A DNA stretch of 35,975 bases from an uncultured virus (IMG/VR IMGVR_UViG_3300005239_003333) (IMGVR_UViG_3300005239_003333); one strand, 5' to 3'. Shown: positions 8,856-19,420, counted from the stretch's first letter. Made by a program: numbers and translations. Notes: a model not told the origin generated them from the sequence alone.

Positions 8856-8861
8856 TATTTA
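8856..8861 (-). promoter_or_regulatory. T4-type late promoter core TAAATA
   Basis: AATAAATA-ATATT-ATG(8850). Confidence 0.65.
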
Positions 8862-8872
8862 TTTTAGAACAT

Positions 8873-8897
8873 AAAAAAAGCCTCTAACGAGGCTTTT
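8873..8897 (-). terminator. Rho-independent terminator
   Basis: Inverted repeat AAAAGCCTC-TAAC-GAGGCTTTT. On the minus strand the GC stem is followed by T7, about 20 nt after the stop of 8917..9291. Confidence 0.8.
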
Positions 8898-8916
8898 GGT
8901 AGATTGGTAAGTTTTT

Positions 8917-9291
8917 TTATTTCTTTTCTTCTTCGTCAAAAAGTTTTATAACTTCCGGTTCAACCGGCTGATCTGTCGGGACTAGGGTTGGGTTAACAAT
9001 CCTCTCATATTGTTCAACAATACGTGGGTCAATTTCAAAATCATTAGCTAAAGCAATAGAAGATTTTGGATATGTAAAAGCACTACTGCGCTTGTCGTCC
9101 GCCCCTGGTTGAATAAACTCAGCAAAGAAAAGAGGGTATAGCTGTACAGCCATTTGACCATTCTCCTGTTGTTGCACGAGAATCATAACAGGATTACCGA
9201 CTTTGACATTTGTATCGGTATCCGCTAGTGATTCACCAAAGATATTTCGACCTGCGGAATCAATAAATGTAATATAATTTTTATCAGACAT
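8917..9291 (-). CDS. Hypothetical protein (small beta-rich protein downstream of gp43)
   Basis: Clean 124-aa ORF with its own promoter and terminator. Confidence 0.75.
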   Translation of the reverse strand: MSDKNYITFIDSAGRNIFGESLADTDTNVKVGNPVMILVQQQENGQMAVQLYPLFFAEFIQPGADDKRSSAFTYPKSSIALANDFEIDPRIVEQYERIVNPTLVPTDQPVEPEVIKLFDEEEKK

Positions 9292-9297
9292 ACATAT

Positions 9298-9325
9298 ATT
9301 TTATATTATAAATACTATTAATCAA
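9298..9325 (-). promoter_or_regulatory. Sigma70-type promoter, leaderless geometry
   Basis: TTGATT-N16-TAAAAT-N6-ATG(9291). Confidence 0.7.
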
Positions 9326-11877
9326 CTTAAAAGATCGAATAAGTTAGTCTGCGTTAAAGATCCGGGCTTTTGTACTGCCCATTTAACATTCTCATAAAAT
9401 CTTTCAATAGCATTGAAGACAATCTTTTCAAACATTACCTCATAATCTAAATTAAAAGCTTTCTTAAACTCTTTCGGGTAATAATACTTGTAAGCAATAT
9501 TATTAAGATTATACGGGTTAGGCTTTTGTACATAAAAGTACCGTACCTTATCCCCGCTGCTTATCTCTTCATATTCTTTATCAATATTAAATCTTTTAAG
9601 TAATAAATTATGGTAGTAGGCAGCTTTAACATGGTTTGGCATACCCTTAGCAGTTTTAAATCCATCGCAGTCTGTTGCGTATTTTTCATACCCCTTTATA
9701 CCAGAAACAAACGCAATATCTTCGATAGGCAAATCTTTAAATATTTTATAAGTTTCGTTTAAGATGGTATTAGTCTGAGTTATATCTTGAGTACTCAGCA
9801 TTGTTTCGATAATCTTCTTAACATACGGTTTGATAGCTGCGGGCATTGTACTTCTCACAACTTCAACACCAGTATACTTGTATTTGTCCATCGGGATACC
9901 TTCATCATCGAGGATGTGCAATACATAACGCTTCTTCTGCAGAAATACCCCAACATCGGCGATTACCTCTCGTTTAAAAACAAACCTACAATCACTACTA
10001 TTCAATGACTTCACTCCCCAAACTTTGATTTCATCATTTAGAAAGTCTTCAATGTTCTGAACTTCGTTATGAAACTCCTCTGTAAGTTTGCCTTTATCGT
10101 TAACAAAGGTCAACCCAGCGTCAACAAGGGGCTTTACAGATATATAGCTACTATCAGTATCGTTGTATACCACAGTACTATCAAGTATCTTCTCATCTTC
10201 GATACCAGTCTTCTGCTTAATGTACTTTTTTAGTAAATCGTTAGATTTCTTAATAACAGCCTGGCCAGTTAAGGTAATAGATGATGCAATATCATCGTCT
10301 CCAAACGGGGCGTTCTTATTACCGAAATAGCCATAAATCGAGTTAATAAAAATCTTAATACATAATTGCTTAGCGTCCAATTGATCCATCTTAACTTTAG
10401 TAGCAGGATCTTTCTCTTTACTATATTGCTTACGCAGCTTATTTAACTCCTTCTTTACTTCGACTCGCTTGTTATAATACTCGTCGAGGATTTCCGGCAT
10501 AACGCCTTTCTTCTTCTGAGTAAATAGAACGTTCGCACGGCTTACAGCAATTTCTTCATCTTTTACAAACTTGGCGAAGTTCGACAGTGTTAACGTAAAG
10601 ATCTTTCCATTAGCATGACGTATAGTAACTTCTTTATCATTCTTATCTTCAATTTTACCTATCTTCGTTTCCGGAGACATATTCAATGATATCATCACAT
10701 TCGGGTATAGAGAATTAGCATCAAAAGAAATAATATTCTCTTGAAAACCGTTCAACGGTTCGCCAACATATGCGCCGGGGTTCTTACCAGTATCTTCATT
10801 TCTAATAAAGGTATGTATAACTTGACCTCGGCGTCGACCTCTAATAGCTGTAGCACCATTAATAACGGAAAGCGCTCCCATTGCAGCTTCAAAAGTAGTT
10901 AAGCCCGTATAAGCTAACATCCGCAATAGATCTAAATACTTTAACTTTTCTTCTAGGTGCTTAAGCAATCTAACGTCTTGAATATTATAGTCAACGAACG
11001 TTTGCCAATCATCATCGGATAAAGTCGCGAGGTTCATATTACCAAACTCAACTTTTTTCTGACCTAATTCTATTTCACCGATAGCATCTAGCTTATAGCT
11101 CTCACGTAAACCTTGGGTAAACTTTTTATATACATCGAGGTAGTCAATTAGAGATATACCTTCAATATACCATTTAACTTGTTCTCTACCGAACGCACCT
11201 CGAATAGTTCTACTGTGTACGTTACCCGTCGGAGATAATCTAGCTACCCATTCATCACCAAGTATTCGCTGACACCTGTTAATAATATAAGGTATATCAA
11301 AGAACTCGGAATTCCAACCTGATAATATATCAGGGTAGTCTTTTTCTAGATATATTATAAATTCTTTAAATACTTCTTTCTCATCTTCGCACTCGATATA
11401 AGTCACATCATCTTGGGTATTTTTATAGCCTTTAATGCCCCAAGTAATAAAGTTATCATTTAAAGAATCATAAACCGTTATAACAGTTACCGGGTGATTA
11501 GCTGTTATAATATTAGGAAAATCATCCGGGGAATAAGTTTCAATATCTATAAACATCGTCTTTATCGGATGTGTATTGAACCCAGGCTCTTCGTTTTGCT
11601 TCCAATACGTATCAACCAAGAACTGCTGCGGTTGAGGTATATTCTCAAACACTCGCTTAATATTCGAATCTTTTATAAACTTATAGCGATTATATTGACT
11701 ATTAAATTTCTTCTTTATAAGCTTCGTACCGAAAATCGATTCATAGTTACCGTTACCCTCGAGGTATAGATAAGGCTCGACGGTAGTTTCAATACGCGTA
11801 CGGTTACCATCCTCATCCCAGGTAAATAGCGTTACAGTCCCTTCACGACCATTATATATAGCATTACGATAGCTCAC
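9322..11877 (-). CDS. gp43: Family B DNA polymerase (T4 gp43-like)
   Basis: Exo I DIET, Exo II GWNSEFFDIPY, Exo III YNIQD. Pol A SFDANSLYP, Pol B KIFINSIYG, Pol C YNDTDS, KKRY. Confidence 0.97.
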   Translation of the reverse strand: MSYRNAIYNGREGTVTLFTWDEDGNRTRIETTVEPYLYLEGNGNYESIFGTKLIKKKFNSQYNRYKFIKDSNIKRVFENIPQPQQFLVDTYWKQNEEPGFNTHPIKTMFIDIETYSPDDFPNIITANHPVTVITVYDSLNDNFITWGIKGYKNTQDDVTYIECEDEKEVFKEFIIYLEKDYPDILSGWNSEFFDIPYIINRCQRILGDEWVARLSPTGNVHSRTIRGAFGREQVKWYIEGISLIDYLDVYKKFTQGLRESYKLDAIGEIELGQKKVEFGNMNLATLSDDDWQTFVDYNIQDVRLLKHLEEKLKYLDLLRMLAYTGLTTFEAAMGALSVINGATAIRGRRRGQVIHTFIRNEDTGKNPGAYVGEPLNGFQENIISFDANSLYPNVMISLNMSPETKIGKIEDKNDKEVTIRHANGKIFTLTLSNFAKFVKDEEIAVSRANVLFTQKKKGVMPEILDEYYNKRVEVKKELNKLRKQYSKEKDPATKVKMDQLDAKQLCIKIFINSIYGYFGNKNAPFGDDDIASSITLTGQAVIKKSNDLLKKYIKQKTGIEDEKILDSTVVYNDTDSSYISVKPLVDAGLTFVNDKGKLTEEFHNEVQNIEDFLNDEIKVWGVKSLNSSDCRFVFKREVIADVGVFLQKKRYVLHILDDEGIPMDKYKYTGVEVVRSTMPAAIKPYVKKIIETMLSTQDITQTNTILNETYKIFKDLPIEDIAFVSGIKGYEKYATDCDGFKTAKGMPNHVKAAYYHNLLLKRFNIDKEYEEISSGDKVRYFYVQKPNPYNLNNIAYKYYYPKEFKKAFNLDYEVMFEKIVFNAIERFYENVKWAVQKPGSLTQTNLFDLLS

Positions 11878-11880
11878 AGT

Positions 11881-12168
11881 TTAATTATAGTATCTTTTCT
11901 GTGGATATCTACTCTCATATATTTCATCAGCGTATTCATAACCTTTAGTAAACGCTTGAGGTAATCCGATTATACCTTCAAAACTTTCACCGGTACTGGC
12001 GCATAGTATATAGTGGTTAGGATCTCGACCTTGCCTGGCATCTGTTTCCAGTTTAGTAGGTCGAATGGTCATGTAAATTGTTTTGTAATCCTTACACTCC
12101 CAACAATCATTACCTACATGCGCAAATACTTGCCGAGAAGGATCTTTAGATATAGTCATTTTTCCCAT
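11881..12168 (-). CDS. Hypothetical protein
   Basis: 95-aa ORF filling the space between the GT and gp43, preceded by TAGGTA-N16-TATAAT-N5-ATG. Confidence 0.65.
   Translation of the reverse strand: MGKMTISKDPSRQVFAHVGNDCWECKDYKTIYMTIRPTKLETDARQGRDPNHYILCASTGESFEGIIGLPQAFTKGYEYADEIYESRYPQKRYYN
11884..11911 (-). promoter_or_regulatory. Sigma70-type promoter, leaderless geometry, for gp43
   Basis: TAGATA-N16-TATAAT-N6-GTG(11877). Confidence 0.65.
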
Positions 12169-12188
12169 ATCTTATTATATGACTGTTC

Positions 12189-13394
12189 CTAGTTATACCT
12201 ATTGAGATTTACTCTTTTCGAATCACCTACATCATATTGATAAAGCTCTGAATAGCAGTCTATATTTCTATCATCCTCTAACCATCTGTTATCTACATAT
12301 TGTGATGCCTTTCTAGATAAAGCTTTATAACGCTTTCTATCTTGCAGAGTATGTTCAATACGGGCTATCATTTCATCGCCAGTTTTAAATTTAATTGGCG
12401 CGTGTTCATATGTGCACATGTCTTGGCAAGCGATAGGTAAACCTAAGGCGCATGCTTCAATATGTTTTAAATCAGATTTAGAGCGATTGAAAATATTATC
12501 TTGTAAAGGAGCTACAATCATATTAACATTTAAATCGTAAAGCTTTTGACTATATTCGTAAAGACGTACCCATGGATGAAATTCAATCTTACCAGCATCA
12601 ATTAAGGGCCTTAGGGGTAGGGGAAAAGCACCTAGAAAAACCCATTGATATTTATCGACTGTCTTAGCTATAACTTCAACAACATGCTGAAAATCGTCTC
12701 TTTGTTTAACTCTATTATCTACATCGAAATGTGCACCAGAACCAGCATAAAGTATCCGCGGCTTTTTCTTATTCTTATCATAACTTTCCATTGTACGAGT
12801 TATATTAGACTTATTACCAAGCCAAAATTTAGGCATAAAGTTCGGTATAACTGTTACGTTTTTATTACCTGTCTTTTCTTTGTAATAATCTCTCATAAAC
12901 GGGCAGGTAACTGTAATTTCATCACACATAGCCATCATCTCTTGTGACGCCTGTCTTATCTTTGGATCAACAAAAGCTGATTTATACTTGTTATAATCAG
13001 GTATATCTTCGTGAAAGCATATATCATCAATTTCATAAATTAATCTAAATTTATTAGTATCAGCCATCTTTCTTAGGAACTTAACAAACTCTAATTGTTG
13101 TGGTGTTGCTTGTCTCTGAATGCGTACTCCTTTAACTGCGCCGTAATATCTCGGATCAACATTCATAACAGTGGTGCCATGGACAACAGCTTTATTATGA
13201 GCGTTTAATACTTGCTCCGGCCATATCATTCTCCAGTGACCACACCCGGAATAATCTGCATAATAATTTAAAAATCTCGGTAAACCCGTCTCCGGGGTCC
13301 CTGGATTTACTACAACAGGTGCCGGCTTGTTTATAATACCTGGCGGTTTTTGTCCCATCGGTAGGTTTTGAAATGGTTTATTACCTAAAATCAT
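12189..13394 (-). CDS. GT-B fold (GT4-like) glycosyltransferase
   Basis: SGCGHWRMIWP, IQRQ, IYEIDD, VIPNF, ILYAGSGAH, APLQDNIFNRSKSDLKHIEACALGLP. Confidence 0.8.
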   Translation of the reverse strand: MILGNKPFQNLPMGQKPPGIINKPAPVVVNPGTPETGLPRFLNYYADYSGCGHWRMIWPEQVLNAHNKAVVHGTTVMNVDPRYYGAVKGVRIQRQATPQQLEFVKFLRKMADTNKFRLIYEIDDICFHEDIPDYNKYKSAFVDPKIRQASQEMMAMCDEITVTCPFMRDYYKEKTGNKNVTVIPNFMPKFWLGNKSNITRTMESYDKNKKKPRILYAGSGAHFDVDNRVKQRDDFQHVVEVIAKTVDKYQWVFLGAFPLPLRPLIDAGKIEFHPWVRLYEYSQKLYDLNVNMIVAPLQDNIFNRSKSDLKHIEACALGLPIACQDMCTYEHAPIKFKTGDEMIARIEHTLQDRKRYKALSRKASQYVDNRWLEDDRNIDCYSELYQYDVGDSKRVNLNRYN

Positions 13395-13412
13395 ATATGT
13401 TTAATTATCAGA

Positions 13413-15218
13413 TTAATCGACAAACTCAACGCGCTTTGTTATACCGTTATGTTTTTCTAGAAAAATAATATCACCGGTTGCAGATTTAATACTTTCCTTA
13501 CGGTGGCTAATAACAAATATACACTCGTCAAGCTGATCAACGCGCTCGTTTAAAATCTCTAAAACCAGATCAACTCCTTTTTCATCTAAGCTACTATCAA
13601 ATAATTCATCGTAAAAGCTGATATTATAATGGACATCACCTTGAGCTTTTCTCATATCCATAAACGAAAAGAGGCATGCTAAATCAATAGCTTTTCTTTC
13701 AGCCCCAGAGAAGTTATTATAGAGACAAATTTTGCCTTTCTCATTAACAATTTCCTCTTCAAAGTATTCATTAAAAACGCAAATACTATTACTATCTAGT
13801 TTTTTTAGATAGTGTGTAAGCTTAGAATTAAAATTACGTAAAATCTTCTTAACAATAAAACTCTTTACACCTTCCTCACTTACAACAAACTTAACGACAT
13901 CTAATAAGTCTAAACTCTTTTTAATTGTACTAATTTCACCAGATATATTATTTACCTTTTCGCTTAATTCATCTACAATAACTTTAAAGGTATTTGCTTC
14001 ATCATCAATTGTACTGAATTCCGTATCTATTTCACTAATACATTTTTTAATATAATTAATAGATTCTTGTATATGGCTTGTACTGTATTTTTGGTTTTGT
14101 ATAGCTGTTATTTTCTCGTTAACTATGGATATAGCAGAATTTATTTTAGTCGTCTCCTTATTATAACCTTCAATCTTTTCTAACCCAGCTTCGACACCTT
14201 GCTTTTCACCGACAAGAAACTTCTTTATATTTTTCTTTTCTTCTTCTACTTTTTCATGGTCATGGTCTTCCATGGGTCTTAGACAAACAGGGCATGTATC
14301 TTCTTCCGTACCTAATTTTTTAAGAATCTCCACATTAGTTTTAATAATTTGCTTCTGAGAACTAACGCTATGATTAACATTATCTCTATCTCCATTAAGA
14401 GATGTTAATCTATTTTCTAACTCTGTAACTTTATCCTTATAAGGCTGGTCGTCTAGTGAATTTATTTTATTAAGTTTGTCTTCAGCGTCTTTTAAATCTT
14501 GCTTATGCTGATTAATAGTACTTTGCATAGTACTCTTTTTTCTAGCTTTATTATCTTCAAAACTATTTGATTGCGCTTTTTGAGATGTCAGGTAATTGTT
14601 TGTCTCTTCTAATCTAGTGATATTAATATCAAAATCTCTTTTTATTTCTGCTTGATCAGATCGGAGATCATTTAACATTTTAGAGAAAACTTCTAGGTTA
14701 AAAATCTTTTCGATAAATTTACGTTTATCGTTTTTATTTTTAGCCATAAACGGTATATGATTATTGAGCGTCATTATAACGCAGTTTTGAAATACTTCAG
14801 GCGAGGAGGACAATACGGTTTGAATATATGTATCAGTATTACCTATAGTTGACTGCGTCTTGTCAGCGCCGTTTTTAAATACCATACATTTAGAAGGTGA
14901 TAAAGTTCTTATTATATGAAATTCATTCTTACCATAATATGGGTCATCGACAGTAAAGAGTAACTCGACTTTTGTCTTACCTTCAGTTAAATTATTAGGT
15001 ATAAAGTTTTTCTTGATATCGCGCAAGGTACTTCCAAATATAGAGAAATAAAGAGCATCGGCAACAGTACTCTTACCTACCCCATTTCTTCTATCTTCTT
15101 TATCTCTATTGATACCTGTAACGATATGAAGACCTTTCTTAAAGTCTATCGTTACAACTTCTTCTCCAACAGATAAGAAGTTCTGTATTTTTAATTCTGT
15201 AAATGTTACGTATTTCAT
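13413..15218 (-). CDS. gp46: Recombination endonuclease ATPase subunit (gp46/SbcC/Rad50-like)
   Basis: NFLSVG, Walker A NGVGKST, zinc hook CPVC within a coiled coil, signature FSGAE, Walker B YDELFDSSLD, ISH. Confidence 0.95.
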   Translation of the reverse strand: MKYVTFTELKIQNFLSVGEEVVTIDFKKGLHIVTGINRDKEDRRNGVGKSTVADALYFSIFGSTLRDIKKNFIPNNLTEGKTKVELLFTVDDPYYGKNEFHIIRTLSPSKCMVFKNGADKTQSTIGNTDTYIQTVLSSSPEVFQNCVIMTLNNHIPFMAKNKNDKRKFIEKIFNLEVFSKMLNDLRSDQAEIKRDFDINITRLEETNNYLTSQKAQSNSFEDNKARKKSTMQSTINQHKQDLKDAEDKLNKINSLDDQPYKDKVTELENRLTSLNGDRDNVNHSVSSQKQIIKTNVEILKKLGTEEDTCPVCLRPMEDHDHEKVEEEKKNIKKFLVGEKQGVEAGLEKIEGYNKETTKINSAISIVNEKITAIQNQKYSTSHIQESINYIKKCISEIDTEFSTIDDEANTFKVIVDELSEKVNNISGEISTIKKSLDLLDVVKFVVSEEGVKSFIVKKILRNFNSKLTHYLKKLDSNSICVFNEYFEEEIVNEKGKICLYNNFSGAERKAIDLACLFSFMDMRKAQGDVHYNISFYDELFDSSLDEKGVDLVLEILNERVDQLDECIFVISHRKESIKSATGDIIFLEKHNGITKRVEFVD

Positions 15219-16691
15219 TTGCTCCTATCTTGGGATCTCTTATATAATTCTGTTGTATACTTGCTCACCTCGTTTTTATNNNNNNNNNNNNNNNNNNNNN
15301 NNNNNNNNNNNNNNNNNNNNNNNNNNNNNNNNNNNNNNNNNNNNNNNNNNNNNNNNNNNNNNNNNNNNNNNNNNNNNNNNNNNNNNNNNNNNNNNNNNNN
15401 NNNNNNNNNNNNNNNNNNNNNNNNNNNNNNNNNNNNNNNNNNNNNNNNNNNNNNNNNNNNNNNNNNNNNNNNNNNNNNNNNNNNNNNNNNNNNNNNNNNN
15501 NNNNNNNNNNNNNNNNNNNNNNNNNNNNNNNNNNNNNNNNNNNNNNNNNNNNNNNNNNNNNNNNNNNNNNNNNNNNNNNNNNNNNNNNNNNNNNNNNNNN
15601 NNNNNNNNNNNNNNNNNNNNNNNNNNNNNNNNNNNNNNNNNNNNNNNNNNNNNNNNNNNNNNNNNNNNNNNNNNNNNNNNNNNNNNNNNNNNNNNNNNNN
15701 NNNNNNNNNNNNNNNNNNNNNNNNNNNNNNNNNNNNNNNNNNNNNNNNNNNNNNNNNNNNNNNNNNNNNNNNNNNNNNNNNNNNNNNNNNNNNNNNNNNN
15801 NNNNNNNNNNNNNNNNNNNNNNNNNNNNNNNNNNNNNNNNNNNNNNNNNNNNNNTTATAGTTTTGCAACTAATAAGTCTAAATGCTCAGTATTAATATTT
15901 TTATCAACAATAAGTTTAACTATATTATTTGATACAATTTCGTTAAAGAACATCGTAGGATCTTGTTCATATATTAGTTTTGAAAGAAACACTTTTATAT
16001 GCTTAGGTGTAATTGTATTTTCTATAAACTCGTAATTTAATGCGTCGTCAAATATATAGAATCCTTTCGACTGCATAGAGTCTCCAAAATCCATCTCATA
16101 CGGGTTACCGACATATATGATATCGTTGCTACCGAAAGTTCTGTTAGCTCTTAAGTGAAAGTGGCCGGAGAAGATTAATGGCGCTTTACTAGACAGCTCT
16201 TCAGGATTATCCCCGTGGTCGCAAATCTTAAATGAATTCATTTTAAAATTTACTAGCTCGAAATGACCGAATATTAGATCACTTTTAGGTATATCACTTA
16301 TAGCAGTCCCCCATGGGCAAAAAGTTACCTTATGATTATTGATCGATGTAGTATGCATTTTATCATAGACTGTTATATTTTCATACCCCTTTAATATACT
16401 CAAACTGTTTATCTCGCTCGTGTCTTTATACCAGGCATCGTGATTACCGGTTATCATAGTAATTTTAAAATTTGCAAATTTATCTAAAAAATCTTTTGCA
16501 AAGTTTAAAGTTTTAACAGATATTTCGTCTCTATAATGAAAGAAATCACCACAAAATATAACATCGGTAATACCTCTATCGTTAAGCTCGGTAATATACC
16601 AATCAGCCCACTTATTAGCTACACCCAACCAGAAATCACTATTTTGATGGACTCCGAGATGTAGGTCTGAAAATATAGCAGTCTTAGCCAT
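15215..16691 (-). CDS. gp47: Recombination endonuclease nuclease subunit (gp47/SbcD/Mre11-like), interrupted by an N-gap
   Basis: SDLHLG, GDFFH, GNHD, GHFE, SGHFH, YVGNPY. The C-terminus (..ELYKRSQDRSK) lies after the gap and overlaps the gp46 start. Confidence 0.92.
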
Positions 16692-17169
16692 CTTTACTAC
16701 CGTACTCTAAATCATCCGGGTTAGGTTTAACATATACCATTCCATCAGTCGCGTCATCCATCTCTTCTTGATAAATCTTTTCTTTATAGTCGGTGAGCGT
16801 TTGATGATGCTTTTTTTCCTTTTTTATTCTATTAATAAACGCGTGGAATGCTATAGTGGTAAAATAAGAAAAAGGGTTATATTTCGTATCGACGTCAAAT
16901 TTATGATTCTTAAGAGCGGTATACATCTTTACCAATGCATCGCCAATCATCTCATCTTTATATGTATAGTTTATAAAGTTAGATTTATTACCTAGCCCAT
17001 ATGCAATCTTTTTAAGGGAATTAGCCAGGTCAAAGATACAATCATCTGTTTTATAGTATGTTCTTATCTGGTTTTTAAATACTTCCGGGTTAACATAATA
17101 CTCATCTATCTTAGGTTTCGGCCCTCTTTTTTTAGGCTTCGGTTTTTCGGTCACAGGTTTGTCAGTCAT
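16684..17169 (-). CDS. gp55: Late-transcription sigma factor (gp55)
   Basis: YYVN, NFINYTYKDEMIGDA, NPFSYFTTIAFHAFINRIKKEKK; located next to gp47. Confidence 0.93.
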   Translation of the reverse strand: MTDKPVTEKPKPKKRGPKPKIDEYYVNPEVFKNQIRTYYKTDDCIFDLANSLKKIAYGLGNKSNFINYTYKDEMIGDALVKMYTALKNHKFDVDTKYNPFSYFTTIAFHAFINRIKKEKKHHQTLTDYKEKIYQEEMDDATDGMVYVKPNPDDLEYGSKDG

Positions 17170-17180
17170 AGTATGCCTTA

Positions 17181-17209
17181 ATTATAGTACATAAACAGTT
17201 ACTTTTCAA
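17181..17209 (-). promoter_or_regulatory. Sigma70-type promoter for gp55-gp47-gp46
   Basis: TTGAAA-N17-TATAAT-N11-ATG(17169). Confidence 0.7.
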
Positions 17210-18620
17210 CTATCTCTGTTATATTAAATGGTATTTTTTCTTGTATATATATTTCTTTGCGTTTTTCAATATGACGCTGACCATATCTTAAATCATCTGC
17301 GAGATCAATAATCATTAATTTTTCCTTATCATCATGAAGTCTTAAACCACGCCCAATTGATTGAATAGTCCTTATAGAGCTTTTACCACCAGCAGCAAAC
17401 ATAATCATATGTATATTTTTAATATTAATACCTGTGCTAAAAATAGAACTCATCGCAATACATATAATATTACTCTTAGTTTCCATTATTTTTTTTATCT
17501 TATCTCTCTCTTCAACCTCAACTTCGCCCTTAACAAAAAATACTTGCTTATCTGCATATTGACTTAGCTTATCATATAAAGCGTCTCCGTGTATAAGGTG
17601 GTTTACTAATACGAGTGAATTATTATTAAACTTACCGCATATATTGTATATAACATCGTTACGGAAATTATTAGCATATAAAAAATCTAACTCTATTTTA
17701 TAATTATTTTGACCTGATGCATATAGAGGCTTATCTTTATACTCTATTTTTAGGATAGACGTTTTCGCGATAGTTAAGTGTTGCTCTGTTCTTAAGCTAT
17801 AGCTATCCTTCTCGTATACTATAGTACCTATTTTACCTAAAATATTCCACTCGTCTGGTTTGTTATCAGGCAGGGTACCAGTTAAGCCAAATTTATGAAC
17901 AGTTTTAATAGATTGAACCATCTTATTAATTTTATTATTTTTCTTTAGCTTATGGCACTCGTCAATAATAACCATATCAACATCCTGTAACCAGTCATTG
18001 TCTTTGAATTGACTTTGTAATATTCCTAAATTAGCAATAATTACGTTAGCGGTTAAATCTGGCTTAATCTTACCAGTCCATCTCGTATACTTAAACAGGG
18101 CGTTGTAGTCCTCAAAATCTTGAAAAGTTTGATTCACCAATCCCAAATCTGGTACTATCAATAGGCATTTAAATTTACTCTTTCGTTGCAAAAAAGTACT
18201 CATTAATATTGAGCATATAGTTAGAGTCTTACCAGCGCCTGTACCCATCTTTAATATACCTCTACCGAATTTAATGGCATTTTCACACGCTGCTATTTGA
18301 TAATCTCTTAATTTATGTGTAAGATTATCGTAAACTCTTGCGTCTTTAAGACCAGGTTTTACTATAGCTGTTATAGTAGGGTCTATACGAATTTCTTCCG
18401 AGGGGTAACGTTCTTTTATATGTCTTAGTATATCGTAAAACATGCCCGGTTCAAATAATCCTGTAGGGGTTATACAGTATAACCTACTCGCAAAAAAGCG
18501 TGCGCGACCTCTCATACGGAAGCGAGCTGTTTCATCCTTCACACTGAAGTGTTCGCGGATATCAGAGAAAGAATCTCCGCTCATGCGTATTTTACTACGC
18601 TCATATATAAATTCTATCAT
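17199..18620 (-). CDS. uvsW: UvsW SF2 DNA helicase
   Basis: LRDYQ, GTGAGKT, DECH, GLTGT, FSTGINI, QSIGRGLR. Confidence 0.93.
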   Translation of the reverse strand: MIEFIYERSKIRMSGDSFSDIREHFSVKDETARFRMRGRARFFASRLYCITPTGLFEPGMFYDILRHIKERYPSEEIRIDPTITAIVKPGLKDARVYDNLTHKLRDYQIAACENAIKFGRGILKMGTGAGKTLTICSILMSTFLQRKSKFKCLLIVPDLGLVNQTFQDFEDYNALFKYTRWTGKIKPDLTANVIIANLGILQSQFKDNDWLQDVDMVIIDECHKLKKNNKINKMVQSIKTVHKFGLTGTLPDNKPDEWNILGKIGTIVYEKDSYSLRTEQHLTIAKTSILKIEYKDKPLYASGQNNYKIELDFLYANNFRNDVIYNICGKFNNNSLVLVNHLIHGDALYDKLSQYADKQVFFVKGEVEVEERDKIKKIMETKSNIICIAMSSIFSTGINIKNIHMIMFAAGGKSSIRTIQSIGRGLRLHDDKEKLMIIDLADDLRYGQRHIEKRKEIYIQEKIPFNITEIVEK

Positions 18621-19015
18621 AGAGTTTCCATCTTCATAATTTCAACAATATTCTTAATGTCAAAACTAAGTGCGCTGAATGTTTTCTCAACTTTTTCTAG
18701 AAACTCAACAGCTAATTCTTGTTCATCGATTCTAGATTGTAGCTCTACCATCCTTTCATGTTGGTATGCAGTCTTTTCAGCTAGCGGTAGCGTAATTTTT
18801 ACTGGAGACTGTTGAATAATCTGCTTTGCTATTTCTTTCTTCAGATTAAATCTCTCAGCTTTTAAGTCTATGAGACGCTTCTTATGATTAATAAGCTTAG
18901 TTACCCAGTGATGCTTCCTACCGGGAGTTTTCATCGAGACTTCCTTAATGTTGAATTCATCAACTTTTAACTCGTCCTGTATTTCTTTTGCATATTGATC
19001 TATAATACTCACCAT
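18617..19015 (-). CDS. uvsY: UvsY recombination mediator (start ATG 19015 or GTG 19012)
   Basis: Helical protein of about 132 aa directly upstream of uvsW, ending FDIKNIVEIMK as in the UvsY family. Confidence 0.75.
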   Translation of the reverse strand: MVSIIDQYAKEIQDELKVDEFNIKEVSMKTPGRKHHWVTKLINHKKRLIDLKAERFNLKKEIAKQIIQQSPVKITLPLAEKTAYQHERMVELQSRIDEQELAVEFLEKVEKTFSALSFDIKNIVEIMKMETL

Positions 19016-19018
19016 TCT

Positions 19019-19046
19019 ATTATAAATACATTTATGGAAAAAACAA
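19019..19046 (-). promoter_or_regulatory. Sigma70-type promoter for uvsY-uvsW
   Basis: TTGTTT-N16-TATAAT-N6-GTG(19012). Confidence 0.6.
19021..19028 (+). promoter_or_regulatory. T4 late promoter TATAAATA
   Basis: Perfect consensus followed by CATTT-ATG(19034). Confidence 0.8.
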
Positions 19047-19411
19047 GTCTTTATAAAAAGTATTTTTTAGAATCTATTAATGTGCGCAAAAATAGTAAGG
19101 GGCTAATGGGATCTAAGACCCGTGTGCATAAGGATAAGAAGAAAGAAGAATCTAAAAAGAAAGGTAGAGGTAGTGTAAAGGCAGAAGATGAAAATACAGT
19201 AGGTGGCGGTGCTTTAGGTACAGCTGCAGGGGCTGGTAATACGCAGGGCGACTTTTACGCGCCCGGTGATGCCCGTATACCGAGTGTTTTAGGGGGTAAG
19301 ATTCAAAAAAGAAATCCACCTGCCTTAACAATGAATTTATCTAAAGATAGCATCTTTTCTGGAAACGTATCCACAAAAAAGAAACGTAGAAAAAATAAAA
19401 AGAAGAAGTAA
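19034..19411 (+). CDS. Lys/Gly-rich late hypothetical protein (candidate internal head protein)
   Basis: Start reassigned to ATG 19034 from the late promoter. Contains DFYAPGDARIP and a basic tail KKKRRKNKKKK. Confidence 0.7.
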   Translation: MEKTSLYKKYFLESINVRKNSKGLMGSKTRVHKDKKKEESKKKGRGSVKAEDENTVGGGALGTAAGAGNTQGDFYAPGDARIPSVLGGKIQKRNPPALTMNLSKDSIFSGNVSTKKKRRKNKKKK

Positions 19412-19420
19412 GTACTTCAA

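Noticed and set aside
9322..11877. Intein or intron in the DNA polymerase
   Set aside because: The length (851 aa) and motif spacing are normal for gp43.
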